Assembly: GCA_016928395.1 (NCBI GenBank)
Contig: JAFGKV010000021.1
Coordinates: forward strand, 1-57,493
DNA from: Candidatus Fermentibacterota bacterium
GTDB lineage: Bacteria > JAFGKV01
DNA: 57,493 bases
Reading direction: 5' to 3'
Below, piece by piece: positions 1 through 10,317 of the stretch. A model generated the notes under the pieces. It saw only the letters and a program-made list of their open reading frames with translations. It had not been told where the DNA came from and searched no databases. The position numbers and the translations under genes were made by a program. Every line of letters starts with the position of its first letter. Position 1 is the first letter of the stretch.

Positions 1-1620
1 AGTCGCTGGGGTCCGCTTGTAGCTCAACAGAATCGTCAGATCCTCGGTTTCATCAGCATCGGGATCAGAACCACCGGGAACCTGATCGTCGGTCGCGTTC
101 CAGACGACCCAGATGCTGTCCTGGTAGACGGTCTGTGCCTGAGGCGCCAGCAAGTCGATGCTGGGACGAACGATGTCGATGACTTCATCGGGGGGATAGA
201 AGTAGCTAGTATTGTCCTCCATGATAGGGCCAAAACCCTCCGGCGGTGACGCGGAATCCCACACTTTGACCACCATGCTGTTGATGCTCTGGCCTGCGTA
301 TGCTGTCCAACCCCCGGCGGGCTCCGGCACGGAGAAGCTGTAAGTAGCCGGGTTACCGGGAGGATCGCCAGGAACCGTGAAGGACACGGTCGAAGGTTCG
401 TTCTGACCCAGGCGATACTGGAGCGTGCCATGCACAAACGGCCCCCACGGATACTCCAGTTCGACATCGTGCACCCGGATGCTACCGTTCCATGGGCCGA
501 CACTCGTCTCATTCAATTCTGCAGTCGACCAGGAATCCAACACGGGCAGATCGTAATCGGCTACGCTACTGGTTGGCTCGCCATAGTGGAACTGGCCGAG
601 CTGATCCTCGAATCCAACCCGGAACCAGTATTTCGCCCCATTGGCCAGTCCCCCGGCCCAGATGGTGCCGTAGGTGCTACCGACCGTCACATCACTCTGG
701 CCTTCAATGCTGCCGAAGTTCTGGTCAAAGGACCACTGCAGCCGGAACGTGGTCGATCGCCCCGGCTGCTCATCTGGAGAAGGGAACCGCTGGCTGCCTT
801 GGGGTATCCCGTACGGAGAAACCTGTGCCTGGCCGATAGCTTCCACCGTCTCGTAGAAATCCACCCAGCTCTCGTTTACCCAGTACGAGGAACTCGTACC
901 GTCCGGCTCCGCTGCGTTGTCGACACCGTGCACCCTTATACGCACCTGGCCTCCCGCCATACTTCCCCAGCCTCCGGCAGGAGGCGGAATGGAAAACGAG
1001 TAGTAGCCATCCCCGATACCGGGCATAGCGGCTTCGCCGGCATTCCCACTGCCATAGTCCCAGATAGCATAGGCTCGCATGACACTCGCTGGATAATCGA
1101 CGATGCGCACGGATCCCATGGCATTGCCGCTGGAGCCGGCATGAAGGTCGGTACACGTGAATGAGTCTGGTGGAATCCAGGGCCCCTGGTTGTCCTGCGT
1201 CGATGTTGTCTCCCCGTACTGATCCAAGGGATCGGGCACCGAGTTCACCTGATATCGTATCAGCCGCTGATGCAGCAGATAGCTGAACGGGAATCCCGGA
1301 TCAGGATAGGCAAAGTCGTACTCCGTTCCGGAGATCGTCGTCCATTCGATGAGATCTGGCCGGGCCACGTAGATAAGGTTGCCGTTGCCGCGGGTGAATT
1401 GGGGCTCCTCGAATGCCACCCCACCACTGGCATCCGCCACAAGGCACCGAACACGATACTGCGCAGCCCCGGTGGGACTCCAGAACACCGTGTTGAACAC
1501 CTGGCCGCCCATGTCCGTCGTGAATGAAGGCTCAGGGGTCACACTCGGCGGATACGCCCAGACAGCGGTGAGCGAAAGGGCCAGAATCCCCAATATCCAT
1601 GTCGCGGCTGTGTTTCTCAT
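1..1620 (-). CDS. Large secreted/surface protein with internal duplicated beta-rich modules (partial, runs off the left edge)
   Basis: Absent from the ORF track because there is no stop in the window. Hand translation from ATG at 1620 is open to base 1: MRNTAATWILGILALSLTAVWA (signal peptide) YPPSVTPEPSF... Contains FN3-like GLANGAKYWFRV and a duplicated motif YSFSIPPPAGGW / YSFSVPEPAGGW. Confidence 0.85.
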   Translation of the reverse strand, partial: MRNTAATWILGILALSLTAVWAYPPSVTPEPSFTTDMGGQVFNTVFWSPTGAAQYRVRCLVADASGGVAFEEPQFTRGNGNLIYVARPDLIEWTTISGTEYDFAYPDPGFPFSYLLHQRLIRYQVNSVPDPLDQYGETTSTQDNQGPWIPPDSFTCTDLHAGSSGNAMGSVRIVDYPASVMRAYAIWDYGSGNAGEAAMPGIGDGYYSFSIPPPAGGWGSMAGGQVRIRVHGVDNAAEPDGTSSSYWVNESWVDFYETVEAIGQAQVSPYGIPQGSQRFPSPDEQPGRSTTFRLQWSFDQNFGSIEGQSDVTVGSTYGTIWAGGLANGAKYWFRVGFEDQLGQFHYGEPTSSVADYDLPVLDSWSTAELNETSVGPWNGSIRVHDVELEYPWGPFVHGTLQYRLGQNEPSTVSFTVPGDPPGNPATYSFSVPEPAGGWTAYAGQSINSMVVKVWDSASPPEGFGPIMEDNTSYFYPPDEVIDIVRPSIDLLAPQAQTVYQDSIWVVWNATDDQVPGGSDPDADETEDLTILLSYKRTPAT

Positions 1621-1884
1621 CCTAGAATGCTGGCCCCTTTCTTACCACGAAACCTACCCGAATGCTCCGAGCGACCGGGCTGTCAAGCCCGCGCCTTTCG
1701 CCCACGACTGATCAGCAAGAGTGCTGCGCTCACTCAGGCGGAAGAAGCCTCCCACCCGACGTACATGACCCTCCAACCCGGACAATAGCACCAGAGATAG
1801 CCGTGCTGTGCCCCCGGGGTCAAGAATGGAGACACGGCCCAGCATGGGTTGCTGCTGAAGAGCAGGCAGCTCCACGGTTCCATA

Positions 1885-2137
1885 CCAATCGCCATCGCAA
1901 TCGATTTCGCAGTCGGATTGGCGGATCCTGTATCGACCCCGATGCCGATATCGACCACGACACCCCTCCCCGGCGGGCGACCGGGGGCGGTCGCCCCTGC
2001 GGCGGTTGATGCACATCTCCGTGGGGGTGGGACCAGTGCCCGCTCGAGCGGCTAGTGCCGGTGAGCTCCGCCGTACTCCCAACCCTGAGAAGCCGTAATG
2101 CACGCCGCACCCTCAGAGGCCCGACTGAATTGCGAAC
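1885..2137. repeat. Composite REP-like intergenic element, copy 1
   Basis: Hairpin GGGCGACC-gggggc-GGTCGCCC-ctgc (1975-2000) is near-identical to 56709-56734. Segment 2070-2129 is similar to 10906-10963. Preceded by a degenerate CGA-periodic tract. Confidence 0.7.
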
Positions 2138-2160
2138 CGTCACCCGCTCGGGTCGTCAGC

Positions 2161-3942
2161 TCACGGGTACAGAGGCCAGAACAACAAGATCAAGGGGGTC
2201 GCCACGAGCGCGATGATCAATTCCAGCAACAGCCCCATGCGCCAGTAGTCGCCGAACTTGTAGCCGCCCGGCCCCATCACCAGAGTATTGGATTGATGGC
2301 CGATGGGAGTTAGGAACGCACACGAGGCGCCGACGGCGATGGCCATCAGGAATGGATCGGCCGAGGTGCCCAACCCCTGCGCCACGCCTATGGCGATCGG
2401 CGCGGTCAGCACCACCGCGGCCGCATTGTTCACCAAGTCAGAGAGGAACATCGTCAGCACCAAGACAAGAACCAATACCCAGGATGCGGGCATTCGATCT
2501 GCGAGGCGAAGTAAGGAACCGGCGATCAACTGCGCACCGCCCGTGGTCTCCAGCGCCTCGCCCACAGGGATCATCGCGCCCAGCAGGATGATGATGCTCC
2601 AGTCGATGCTGTCGTATGCTTCGCGCAGGGAGACACACCCGGCCATCACCATGATTACGCAGGCCATGACGAAAGCGACCGGCGCAGGGACTAGGCCGAA
2701 CGCGGTTGACAACAGGGCGAGACCGAAAACTGTGAGCGGCAGGATAAGCTGCCGCCGCTGGCCTATGCGCAATTCACGCTGCGCCAAGGGAAGGCACTCC
2801 AAGGTGGCCAGCACTTCCCTGGCCGTCTGCACATGGCTCTGCAGCAGCACCACGTCGCCCCCCTGCAAACGGATGCGATCCAGCCGCGAGCGTAGACGAC
2901 GGCCCTGGCGCGACACTGCCAGGAGATTGACGCCGTGCCGCCTTCGAAGATCGAGACCGAAGGCGGTGCGACCGACCAGCGGTGAGTTGATCCCGATCAC
3001 AGCCTCCATGAGCCCGACCTCGTCAGACTCTAGATCCTCGCGGACGATTCGCTCGCTGCCGACCAGCTCAAGCCGCGCCTTGGCCACGAGGGTTTCCAGG
3101 TTCTCGGCGTCAATCTGCAGAATCAGGATGTCGCCCTCACGAAACACGAGCCCCGGCGACGGAGCCAGGCGTCGTTCATTGCCGCGAACCAACCCCAGGA
3201 TATTGACCCCGCCGTCGATGAAGGTATTGATCTCAGGCAGTCGCTTCCCGACCAGCTTGGACTCCTCCGGGAGGCGAACTTCAGTGACATACTTCTCGAT
3301 CTCGAACAAGTCATGGGCCTCTGCGCTTCCCTGACGCCGTGGGATAAGCCGCCACCCGAGCAAGACTATGAACAGCAGCCCGACCAGCGCCACTCCAGCG
3401 CCGACAGGCGCAAACTGGAACATGCCAAACGGTGCAGCGCCGGTCTGAGAGCGGAACGAAGCGACGATGATGTTGGGCGGTGTGCCGATCAGCGTGGTCA
3501 TACCACCCAGAAGCGAGGCAAAGGCTAAAGGCATGAGGAAGACCGAAGCCTGGACACCCTTCTTCCGGGCAACCTGTATCGCCACTGGCATCAACAGCGC
3601 CAGCGCGCCGATATTGTTCATGAACGCCGAAAGCGCCGCGACGATGCCGGTGAGAGCCGCCAACTGCACAATCACCCCACCCTTAAGACGCAACAGCCTT
3701 TCGCCGATCAGATCCACGATGCCCGAGTTCCGCAGGCCGCGGCTGATCACCAGAACGGCCGCCACGGTGATCACGGCGGGGTTACTGAAACCGCTGAAGG
3801 CGTGGCCCGCCGGGACAAGACCGGTCAAGACCACGATCATCAGCGCAACCAGCGCGACGATGTCATACCGCCACCGTCCGGTGATGAAGAGACCGAGCGT
3901 CACCAGGAGGGTGCCGAAGATAATCCACTGGTGGACGGGCAT
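2161..3942 (-). CDS. SLC13/CitMHS-type permease with two TrkA-C (RCK C-terminal) domains
   Basis: 593 aa. Hydrophobic N and C halves with SAFMNN, GGMTTLIGTPPN, NNAAA and TPIGHQSN motifs; central soluble TrkA-C-like repeats (S.LVGK/R). Confidence 0.9.
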   Translation of the reverse strand: MPVHQWIIFGTLLVTLGLFITGRWRYDIVALVALMIVVLTGLVPAGHAFSGFSNPAVITVAAVLVISRGLRNSGIVDLIGERLLRLKGGVIVQLAALTGIVAALSAFMNNIGALALLMPVAIQVARKKGVQASVFLMPLAFASLLGGMTTLIGTPPNIIVASFRSQTGAAPFGMFQFAPVGAGVALVGLLFIVLLGWRLIPRRQGSAEAHDLFEIEKYVTEVRLPEESKLVGKRLPEINTFIDGGVNILGLVRGNERRLAPSPGLVFREGDILILQIDAENLETLVAKARLELVGSERIVREDLESDEVGLMEAVIGINSPLVGRTAFGLDLRRRHGVNLLAVSRQGRRLRSRLDRIRLQGGDVVLLQSHVQTAREVLATLECLPLAQRELRIGQRRQLILPLTVFGLALLSTAFGLVPAPVAFVMACVIMVMAGCVSLREAYDSIDWSIIILLGAMIPVGEALETTGGAQLIAGSLLRLADRMPASWVLVLVLVLTMFLSDLVNNAAAVVLTAPIAIGVAQGLGTSADPFLMAIAVGASCAFLTPIGHQSNTLVMGPGGYKFGDYWRMGLLLELIIALVATPLILLFWPLYP

Positions 3943-4270
3943 GACGATTCATCCTTGCCGGGTTTCGGCCTGGTTATGGAGAGAGGTACTGTGCGTCGCG
4001 AGAGCGCCTGCCAAGCAAGGCAATGATAATGACCCATGCCGTCTCACGCCAGATGAAGCGCCGCAAGTCTCTCCCCCGGAGGGATGCGGTTCCCAGAGCT
4101 AGGAGTGCGCAGGAGATGGATAGTGTCGGTTCAGGACAGTGACCCATTCCATCGGACTGAGGCTCCCTCGTGAAACAGCGACGTTCGGGGAGGATCGATC
4201 TTCAGTGGCCTCTCCTGTCTCGTTCTCCAAGTTCCACGTGGCAAGACTGTACGATGAACCATGGCGTTTG

Positions 4271-4308
4271 TATAGGACGAATCATATATATGACTCGTCC
4301 TATATTCA
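4271..4308. promoter_or_regulatory. 34-bp palindrome, candidate operator (copy A)
   Basis: TATAGGACGAATCATATATATGACTCGTCCTATA(TTCA): one mismatched pair; 34/38 identical to 56888-56925. Confidence 0.55.
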
Positions 4309-4404
4309 GAAGCAGTTTGGAGTGACTTCCGGAGGGACTCCTGCGGAGTTCACGGTGAAGACGGTGCGGCGTTCGCAGACTATCGAGAGATGATCTCTAC
4401 GAAC

Positions 4405-6267
4405 TCACTCGTACAGGTTCGCCAACCGTAGCGTCGCGACCAGGACCTGGCCGTCGCGGACCAGGCTCAGCTCATACTCCGTGCCCGCGGAAGCGCGGAG
4501 CATTTCGCGAATACGTAGAATACCACCCAGCTCCTCAGCGCTCTTTCCGTCGATAGCAGACACAACATCACCCCTCTGGATGCCGGCTATGGCTCCCGGG
4601 GTGCCCTCCGGTACGGTCAGAACCTCGACCTTTCTGCTCTCACCCATGATCACTTGCAGGCCGCTACGGTCGACCGGCGACTCCGTGTCGAAACCACCGC
4701 CCTTCTCGACGATCACCTGTTCCCGTGTGTAGTCAAGGAACAGGGTGAAGCGTGAGAGAAAGTCGTTCCCCGCGTTGCCGGTGATCTCGCTACTGGCGAA
4801 TGACCCGGTTCCCTTCGCTGCAGGAATCTCTATCAGGGGTTTGATCACGGTAAGACCCGCCATGCTGATGGAGTCGAATTGGGCAGTCGTGGCCTCCTGG
4901 TCACCCCCCGCTCCGAATCCAATGCGGGTGACTCCCGCACGGCCCAACAGGCCATGCTCTTCGGCGTACGGATAGAAGAATGTCGTCCCGCCTGCACCAA
5001 GATCCAGGTCCCACAACCCGTGGTACCGCCCATCCACCGTGATGGGAATCTGGAGCATGTTCGACTTCGAGAGCGGAGCATCGAGTACGACGCCGTCCCC
5101 TGCATAGGAGAAGCTATCCGGATCACAGAAGGTGAGCCGCTCATTGGCGAAATCCACCTTGGTCACGAGCCGTGAAAGGAAGTCGTACCCGAGGATTCCA
5201 CCGACCTCGAAGCCGAGGACCTTTCTCATCATATCGTTCAAGCTGAACACGGCCACCGTCTGGGAATCGAACTCAACGCCACCGATCTCGAAAGGTGGCA
5301 GCCTGGACAAGGAGAACTCCGCGGTGCTGGTCGCGCCCCTTCCGACGAGCTTCCCCTCTTGGGGGAGGTCCAGCGCAGTCGCGAACTCCTTCTCGATTAC
5401 GGTCGCCCCTGCGCCCGAATCCAGAATCCACAGGCGGCTCTGTCCTCCGACGGTCAACGGAAGGTACACATGCCGCTCGATGAACTGGAAGGCCACCTCG
5501 ACGCAGGCCAACCCCGGAGGAAAGCGAAAGTCCCGCGCACGTTCCTGCGGCGGTTCGAACAGTGCCTGGTCCATCGGTGCGTTGACCTCAAGCGAGACGA
5601 TACGTATCGTGGTGCTCTGGCTGGTTGGGAGCTCGAGTTGTTCCACGGTGAATGGATAGAGAACTCCCTCGACGTCACGATAGTCCCGGTTCACGGTATG
5701 AACCTCGCCGTCGGGCTTGACCACAATGCTCTTGATCAGGAGGTACGATGTCGTGTCGTAGTAGTCATTCTGGATGAAGCTGTTGATCGTATTGGTCGTC
5801 GTGAGTACGTGGCAGATCGACCCGGCCGCGGTGTCCTCCCGGGCATAGGTGACGGTGAAGACCGCGGAGCCTCGCTTGATGTGTTCGCGCGTCGCTTTCA
5901 AGACCTCCAGTTGGCGTTCCTTGACCGTTGCCGCATCCCGGGCGATCTGCAGTTTGCCGTTCTGATCCACCCGCCAGGCATAGTCGCCATTGTCCCCTGA
6001 TACTTGACTGATGACCTGTATGTCGAACTCCTGGCGTGACTTGTCGGGCAGCATGCTCCAGGTCTCAATGGTTCCGCCGAGCCCGGTGCCTTCAAGCACC
6101 AGAGTCCCCTTGGAGTGAATCGCCTGGTGAGAGTCTATGGCCGTCCATCCTCCCATTGCGACGATGTGTTGGTCAAGGATCACATAGGGATCGGGGGTCT
6201 CAGACAGGCCGACAGCCGCGGTCTCCACGACCGATAGCACGAGTAACCCAATGTGCACTGTGTTCAC
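4405..6267 (-). CDS. Secreted protein with two retropepsin-like aspartyl protease domains and a C-terminal PDZ domain
   Basis: 620 aa. Signal-like N-terminus; ILDSGA...GILGYDFL and DLDLGA...GNAGNDFL motifs; PDZ-like GTPGAIAGIQRGDVVSAIDG. Confidence 0.85.
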   Translation of the reverse strand: MNTVHIGLLVLSVVETAAVGLSETPDPYVILDQHIVAMGGWTAIDSHQAIHSKGTLVLEGTGLGGTIETWSMLPDKSRQEFDIQVISQVSGDNGDYAWRVDQNGKLQIARDAATVKERQLEVLKATREHIKRGSAVFTVTYAREDTAAGSICHVLTTTNTINSFIQNDYYDTTSYLLIKSIVVKPDGEVHTVNRDYRDVEGVLYPFTVEQLELPTSQSTTIRIVSLEVNAPMDQALFEPPQERARDFRFPPGLACVEVAFQFIERHVYLPLTVGGQSRLWILDSGAGATVIEKEFATALDLPQEGKLVGRGATSTAEFSLSRLPPFEIGGVEFDSQTVAVFSLNDMMRKVLGFEVGGILGYDFLSRLVTKVDFANERLTFCDPDSFSYAGDGVVLDAPLSKSNMLQIPITVDGRYHGLWDLDLGAGGTTFFYPYAEEHGLLGRAGVTRIGFGAGGDQEATTAQFDSISMAGLTVIKPLIEIPAAKGTGSFASSEITGNAGNDFLSRFTLFLDYTREQVIVEKGGGFDTESPVDRSGLQVIMGESRKVEVLTVPEGTPGAIAGIQRGDVVSAIDGKSAEELGGILRIREMLRASAGTEYELSLVRDGQVLVATLRLANLYE

Positions 6268-6329
6268 GTCTTCTTCCTCCCATTCCTCAACGGGTGCGCA
6301 ACCTCGCCACGCGTTCTTTTGGCCCGCGT

Positions 6330-7079
6330 TCAGCGTCGCAAGGCTGCCTTGGTGAAGATATGATCAGGTATCTCCTGGTCGAACTGTATCCCGGTCATCC
6401 TGAATTCGGTGCCATCGCCCTGCTTCAGCATATCCTTGAAGAGAATGGTAGTGGGGAACCAACGGCCCTCGATCTGCATGACATCGGAGAACGACGTGCG
6501 TTTCAAGAGCTGGCCGCTCTTGGCGTAAAGCTCCTCCCGCAGGGGCACGTAGCGCTCGGTGTCGATCCATATCGTGCGTGAACCGTAGGCGATATCGGTG
6601 ACGCGTGCTTTGAGATGCAGCACATAGGTTTCGCGGTCATCGACGAAGTCTTCGCCCCGCAATTCGGCGGTGTACACGTCGGTGAGCCTGCGGTCTTCCA
6701 TCATGTCTTCATACGAGAGATCGGAACCCATGACCGACTGCCTGAGCATGTGGCCGGAAATCTGGATGATGCGGTCGGTGGGAGGAGAGTAGATCCAGAG
6801 CTGATCTTCCAGCTTCAGCATCTTCGTCCCCGCCTCCCGGGCCGGTGAGAGGTACTCGGTGAAGGATTGCCTGTCGCCCACGGAGTAGGTACGGGAAGTC
6901 ATGGTGCGGCTGCCCCGCCGTCCATGAATGGTCATCCTCGACTCCACGATGCGATTCTCGGAATGCATGTTGCGGTCTACCCGCTCCAAGATGACGTCGG
7001 CATTGGGCTGGGTGCATGCTTCAACCCCAAGGAGCAGCACGCCGACTGCCGCCAGAAGACCTGATCCACTGATACTCAC
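6330..7079 (-). CDS. Outer-membrane lipoprotein-sorting protein (LolA-like)
   Basis: 249 aa; PAREAGTKMLK, LWIYSP and MGSDLSYEDM motifs typical of this family; directly downstream of the ABC permeases. Confidence 0.85.
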   Translation of the reverse strand: MSISGSGLLAAVGVLLLGVEACTQPNADVILERVDRNMHSENRIVESRMTIHGRRGSRTMTSRTYSVGDRQSFTEYLSPAREAGTKMLKLEDQLWIYSPPTDRIIQISGHMLRQSVMGSDLSYEDMMEDRRLTDVYTAELRGEDFVDDRETYVLHLKARVTDIAYGSRTIWIDTERYVPLREELYAKSGQLLKRTSFSDVMQIEGRWFPTTILFKDMLKQGDGTEFRMTGIQFDQEIPDHIFTKAALRR

Positions 7080-7097
7080 TGCTCGCTCTCCCTTCTG

Positions 7098-8372
7098 TCA
7101 GGCCTCCAACTCCTTGAAGAGCTGGGACGTCTGCCTCCGGAAAATGCCGATCCCCGAAAGGGCGGTCCCGATCACGGTAGCGGCCAGCCCGGGGATGAAG
7201 CCGATATAGTAGGCCGGCGGCGTGATGCGGGCCCTGATGGTCGTGGGGAACATCAGGGATGCGCCTTCCATCAGACCCTCGACATTGATGCCATACTCCT
7301 GGAGGAGCCAGGCGACGAACAGGCCCAGGGCGGTGCCGATCACCGAACCCGCGATACCGATACAGACTGATTCGTAGATCATGGTTCGGTATACATGGCC
7401 CTTTTCTTCACCCATGGCCAGGCGCACGCCTATCTCCCCATACCGGCGCAGCCCACCCAGGAGGCCGGCATTCCACAATACCAGAGCCATCGCGACGACG
7501 AACACCAGGGAGATGTAGCCCGCCCAGACTTGGCCGAACTGCACATAGGGACCCATGCTCCCTTGCTGACTCAGTGCCTTCATCAGGGGTGCGAACTCGT
7601 CGGGATCGCTTTGGTATGCCGCATTGAACGCGTCAGCAGTGTGCCGGGCTGTGGCATCATCATAGAAGCCGCCGGGCAGAAACCCTACGATCTCCCCGGC
7701 GGCATCAGGCATGTCCAGGGCAAGGCGGGCGTCCTCGATATCGAGGATGAGGGTGCCGCGGTCCAGGATATCCATTCCGAACAAAAGGGTTCCGGCGACC
7801 CGGAAGTTGTGCATGACCATGCTGCCGTTCATGCTGACGCCGATGAGTGTAATATCGTCGCCGGGCTCGATGAGCAATCTCTGAGAGAATGCCTCACTGA
7901 TCAGCGCCTCGCCCCTCTCCTTGGGTAAGCCACCTCTGATCAGCGCCCGCGGCAGTCCGAGCCGCTGTATTTCGTTCGAGTCTTCGGACAGCAAGTCCAA
8001 CGCGAGGCCGACGGCCGGCCCCTGGGCGCGGGTTTCGCCCTGCTCATCGGGCACATCAATTAGGCCGCCGAACCGGATGCGCGGCGCCCATTCCATGGCC
8101 GGGAACCTCTCCGAAAGCTCCTCATTCAGGGTGGACACCTCGAGCAGAGCCAGGTCGTTGGGCAGTAGCTCCGCCTCCTCGGCATACGCTCTGGTCATGA
8201 CCTTCACATGGCCGTACGAGAACGTGGCGTTCATCTCGAGGGTCTCGCCCATGAAACCCTTGACATACGCATGCATCGCCACGGTGAGCATCACACCGAG
8301 GGTCACTACGATGACGGGCAACCTGCTACGGCTCTTGTCACGGATCAGCCCCTTGATCAGGAATCGTATCAC
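7098..8372 (-). CDS. ABC transporter permease (FtsX/LolE-like)
   Basis: 424 aa; one N-terminal TM, periplasmic domain, RRYGEIGVRLAMG motif, further TMs. Confidence 0.9.
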   Translation of the reverse strand: MIRFLIKGLIRDKSRSRLPVIVVTLGVMLTVAMHAYVKGFMGETLEMNATFSYGHVKVMTRAYAEEAELLPNDLALLEVSTLNEELSERFPAMEWAPRIRFGGLIDVPDEQGETRAQGPAVGLALDLLSEDSNEIQRLGLPRALIRGGLPKERGEALISEAFSQRLLIEPGDDITLIGVSMNGSMVMHNFRVAGTLLFGMDILDRGTLILDIEDARLALDMPDAAGEIVGFLPGGFYDDATARHTADAFNAAYQSDPDEFAPLMKALSQQGSMGPYVQFGQVWAGYISLVFVVAMALVLWNAGLLGGLRRYGEIGVRLAMGEEKGHVYRTMIYESVCIGIAGSVIGTALGLFVAWLLQEYGINVEGLMEGASLMFPTTIRARITPPAYYIGFIPGLAATVIGTALSGIGIFRRQTSQLFKELEA

Positions 8373-9544
8373 TGCAGCTTCCCTCTCAGGGCATCGGTGG
8401 GGTTCATTCGTGCGATTCTCCGCGAAGGCACATAGCTGACGACGGCCGTGGCCAAGGTCACCAGCAGCGCCGTGGACACCACCAGGCCCACCGTGTATAC
8501 AGGATAGAGGGTTTGCGCCATGGCCATGCCGAACTCACTGGCTTCCATGGGTATGGTCCATCCCGCCTTGGCCTGCCAGGCTAGGAAGGGCAGGCCGTAC
8601 AGCGTGGCGACGAAGGCGGCCAACACCGCGTGCATGGCGCCTTCCACGGTGAAGAGCCCAACAACCTCCTTTCGGGTATAGCCCAGGGCGATGTATGTGC
8701 CGATTTCTTTCTGGCGCCGGAAGATGGAGAGGACCTGCGTGTCAAAGATGGCCAGCATGGCCAGCAAGAGCAGGACGCCGTAGAAGATCGACTGCCCCAC
8801 TGTCTTTGCCTTGATCATGTCATCTACCTGGCGAGTCAGCTCCGCCTTCGTCTTCAATATCCATCCCTCGATTTCCGGCCTCTGGGACCGGCCGTCACGA
8901 AAGGTCAGGATGGTCGCCTGGTCGTGCATCACCGCCATCTTTCGCAGGCGTTCCAGCGGGACATACACCTGCCCGGCTTCCGCAGACGGCACATTGGAGG
9001 AGAAGACCGCCGTGATCAGGATCTGTGCGGCATCGAACGTGCCGTTGGTATCACGCCAACGGATCATCACCCGGTCGCCCTGTCCAAGGCGGGTCCCGTT
9101 GGCCATGACCGCCCCGATCATGGCGGGGATGGCATCGGTATCGGCGTCGAGTTCTCCGGTGGGCAGCTTCCAGATGGTCTGGGCGGGGTTGATGCCTTTG
9201 ATCACGACAGATTGCATGCGACCCCGGGGAAAGATGTGCCCCGGCACGACCAGAACAGGCTCCATGTCCCCGGCTTGGATCTCGTCTTTGACGTGGGAGG
9301 GAACCGGGGCATGGCTGTCGCTGAGGCTCAGGGGGTCATAGGGATCGTAGAGGTGATGCCAGTATTGCCCGCCGCCGATCTCGTAGTCGGTCATGTCATT
9401 CTTGGCCTGGTGATCCCAGCCGACCATGATTCCCTTGAGCCAGATTATCACGACAAAGGAAAACGACAGCACGAGCGCGTTCAACCAGGTGCGCAGCCCG
9501 GCCCCGATCAAGTTGCGCACGGCCAGTCTTAGTGCGAGTAGCAT
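8369..9544 (-). CDS. ABC transporter permease (FtsX/LolC-like)
   Basis: 391 aa; RRQKEIGTYIALG motif; 4-nt overlap with the next gene. Confidence 0.9.
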   Translation of the reverse strand: MLLALRLAVRNLIGAGLRTWLNALVLSFSFVVIIWLKGIMVGWDHQAKNDMTDYEIGGGQYWHHLYDPYDPLSLSDSHAPVPSHVKDEIQAGDMEPVLVVPGHIFPRGRMQSVVIKGINPAQTIWKLPTGELDADTDAIPAMIGAVMANGTRLGQGDRVMIRWRDTNGTFDAAQILITAVFSSNVPSAEAGQVYVPLERLRKMAVMHDQATILTFRDGRSQRPEIEGWILKTKAELTRQVDDMIKAKTVGQSIFYGVLLLLAMLAIFDTQVLSIFRRQKEIGTYIALGYTRKEVVGLFTVEGAMHAVLAAFVATLYGLPFLAWQAKAGWTIPMEASEFGMAMAQTLYPVYTVGLVVSTALLVTLATAVVSYVPSRRIARMNPTDALRGKLQ

Positions 9545-9550
9545 TGCCGC

Positions 9551-10255
9551 CTAGTCTTTCCGGACGGTTTCGTCTCTGTCGACCCTGCCGTCGAGCAGGT
9601 AGATCATGCGGCGCAGATAGCCGATGACCTTGTCGTCGTGGGTGGCGAAGAGAAGGGTGGTGTGGAGTTCACGGTTCAGCGTTTCCATGGTCTTCAGGAT
9701 GTGATGGGAATTGGCCGCATCCAGATTGGCCGTTGGCTCGTCGGCCAGCACCAGCGGCGGTCGCTTGACCATGGCGCGGGCGATGGCCACCCTTTGACAC
9801 TCGCCGCCTGAGAGCTGGGGCGGCTTGGATTTCTCCTTGTCCACAAGCCCGACCCATTCCAGCGCATCCATGACCATCCTCCTGCGCTGGGAACCGTTGT
9901 GCTTCAACAGCAACAGCGGGAACTCCACGTTCTCGTACACCGTGTGCACCTGCAGCAGATTGTAGCTCTGGAAGATGAACCCTATGCTCTCTTTTCGAAG
10001 TTGGGCGGCTTCCTTGGCACTGAGTGTGCCGATGGAGTTGCCCAGTACGTTCACCCAGCCTTCGGTAGGTACATCCAGCGAACCGATTATGTTGAGCAGG
10101 GTGGTCTTGCCTGACCCGCTGGGGCCGACAAGACCGGCGAACTCGCCCTTGCCGAACGTCAGGGTGATTCCCCTGAGAGCCGTGAACTCCCCCTTACCCA
10201 TCGGAAACCGTTTCACGAGGCCTTGGATCTGTATGATCTCGCTAGTTCCGTTCAT
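9551..10255 (-). CDS. ABC transporter ATP-binding protein (LolD-like)
   Basis: Walker A GPSGSGKT, signature LSGGE, LADEPTANLD. Start moved to ATG 10255 after an AGGAG SD. Confidence 0.92.
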   Translation of the reverse strand: MNGTSEIIQIQGLVKRFPMGKGEFTALRGITLTFGKGEFAGLVGPSGSGKTTLLNIIGSLDVPTEGWVNVLGNSIGTLSAKEAAQLRKESIGFIFQSYNLLQVHTVYENVEFPLLLLKHNGSQRRRMVMDALEWVGLVDKEKSKPPQLSGGECQRVAIARAMVKRPPLVLADEPTANLDAANSHHILKTMETLNRELHTTLLFATHDDKVIGYLRRMIYLLDGRVDRDETVRKD

Positions 10256-10317
10256 AGTTCTCTGACTCCTGCAGGCATCAGGGTGTGCTCCTCCTGCTGA
10301 CACTACCCAGATGCCGC

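Noticed and set aside
430-1527. Plus-strand ORFs 430-1164 and 1270-1527
   Set aside because: Codon-register shadows of the minus-strand 1-1620 gene.
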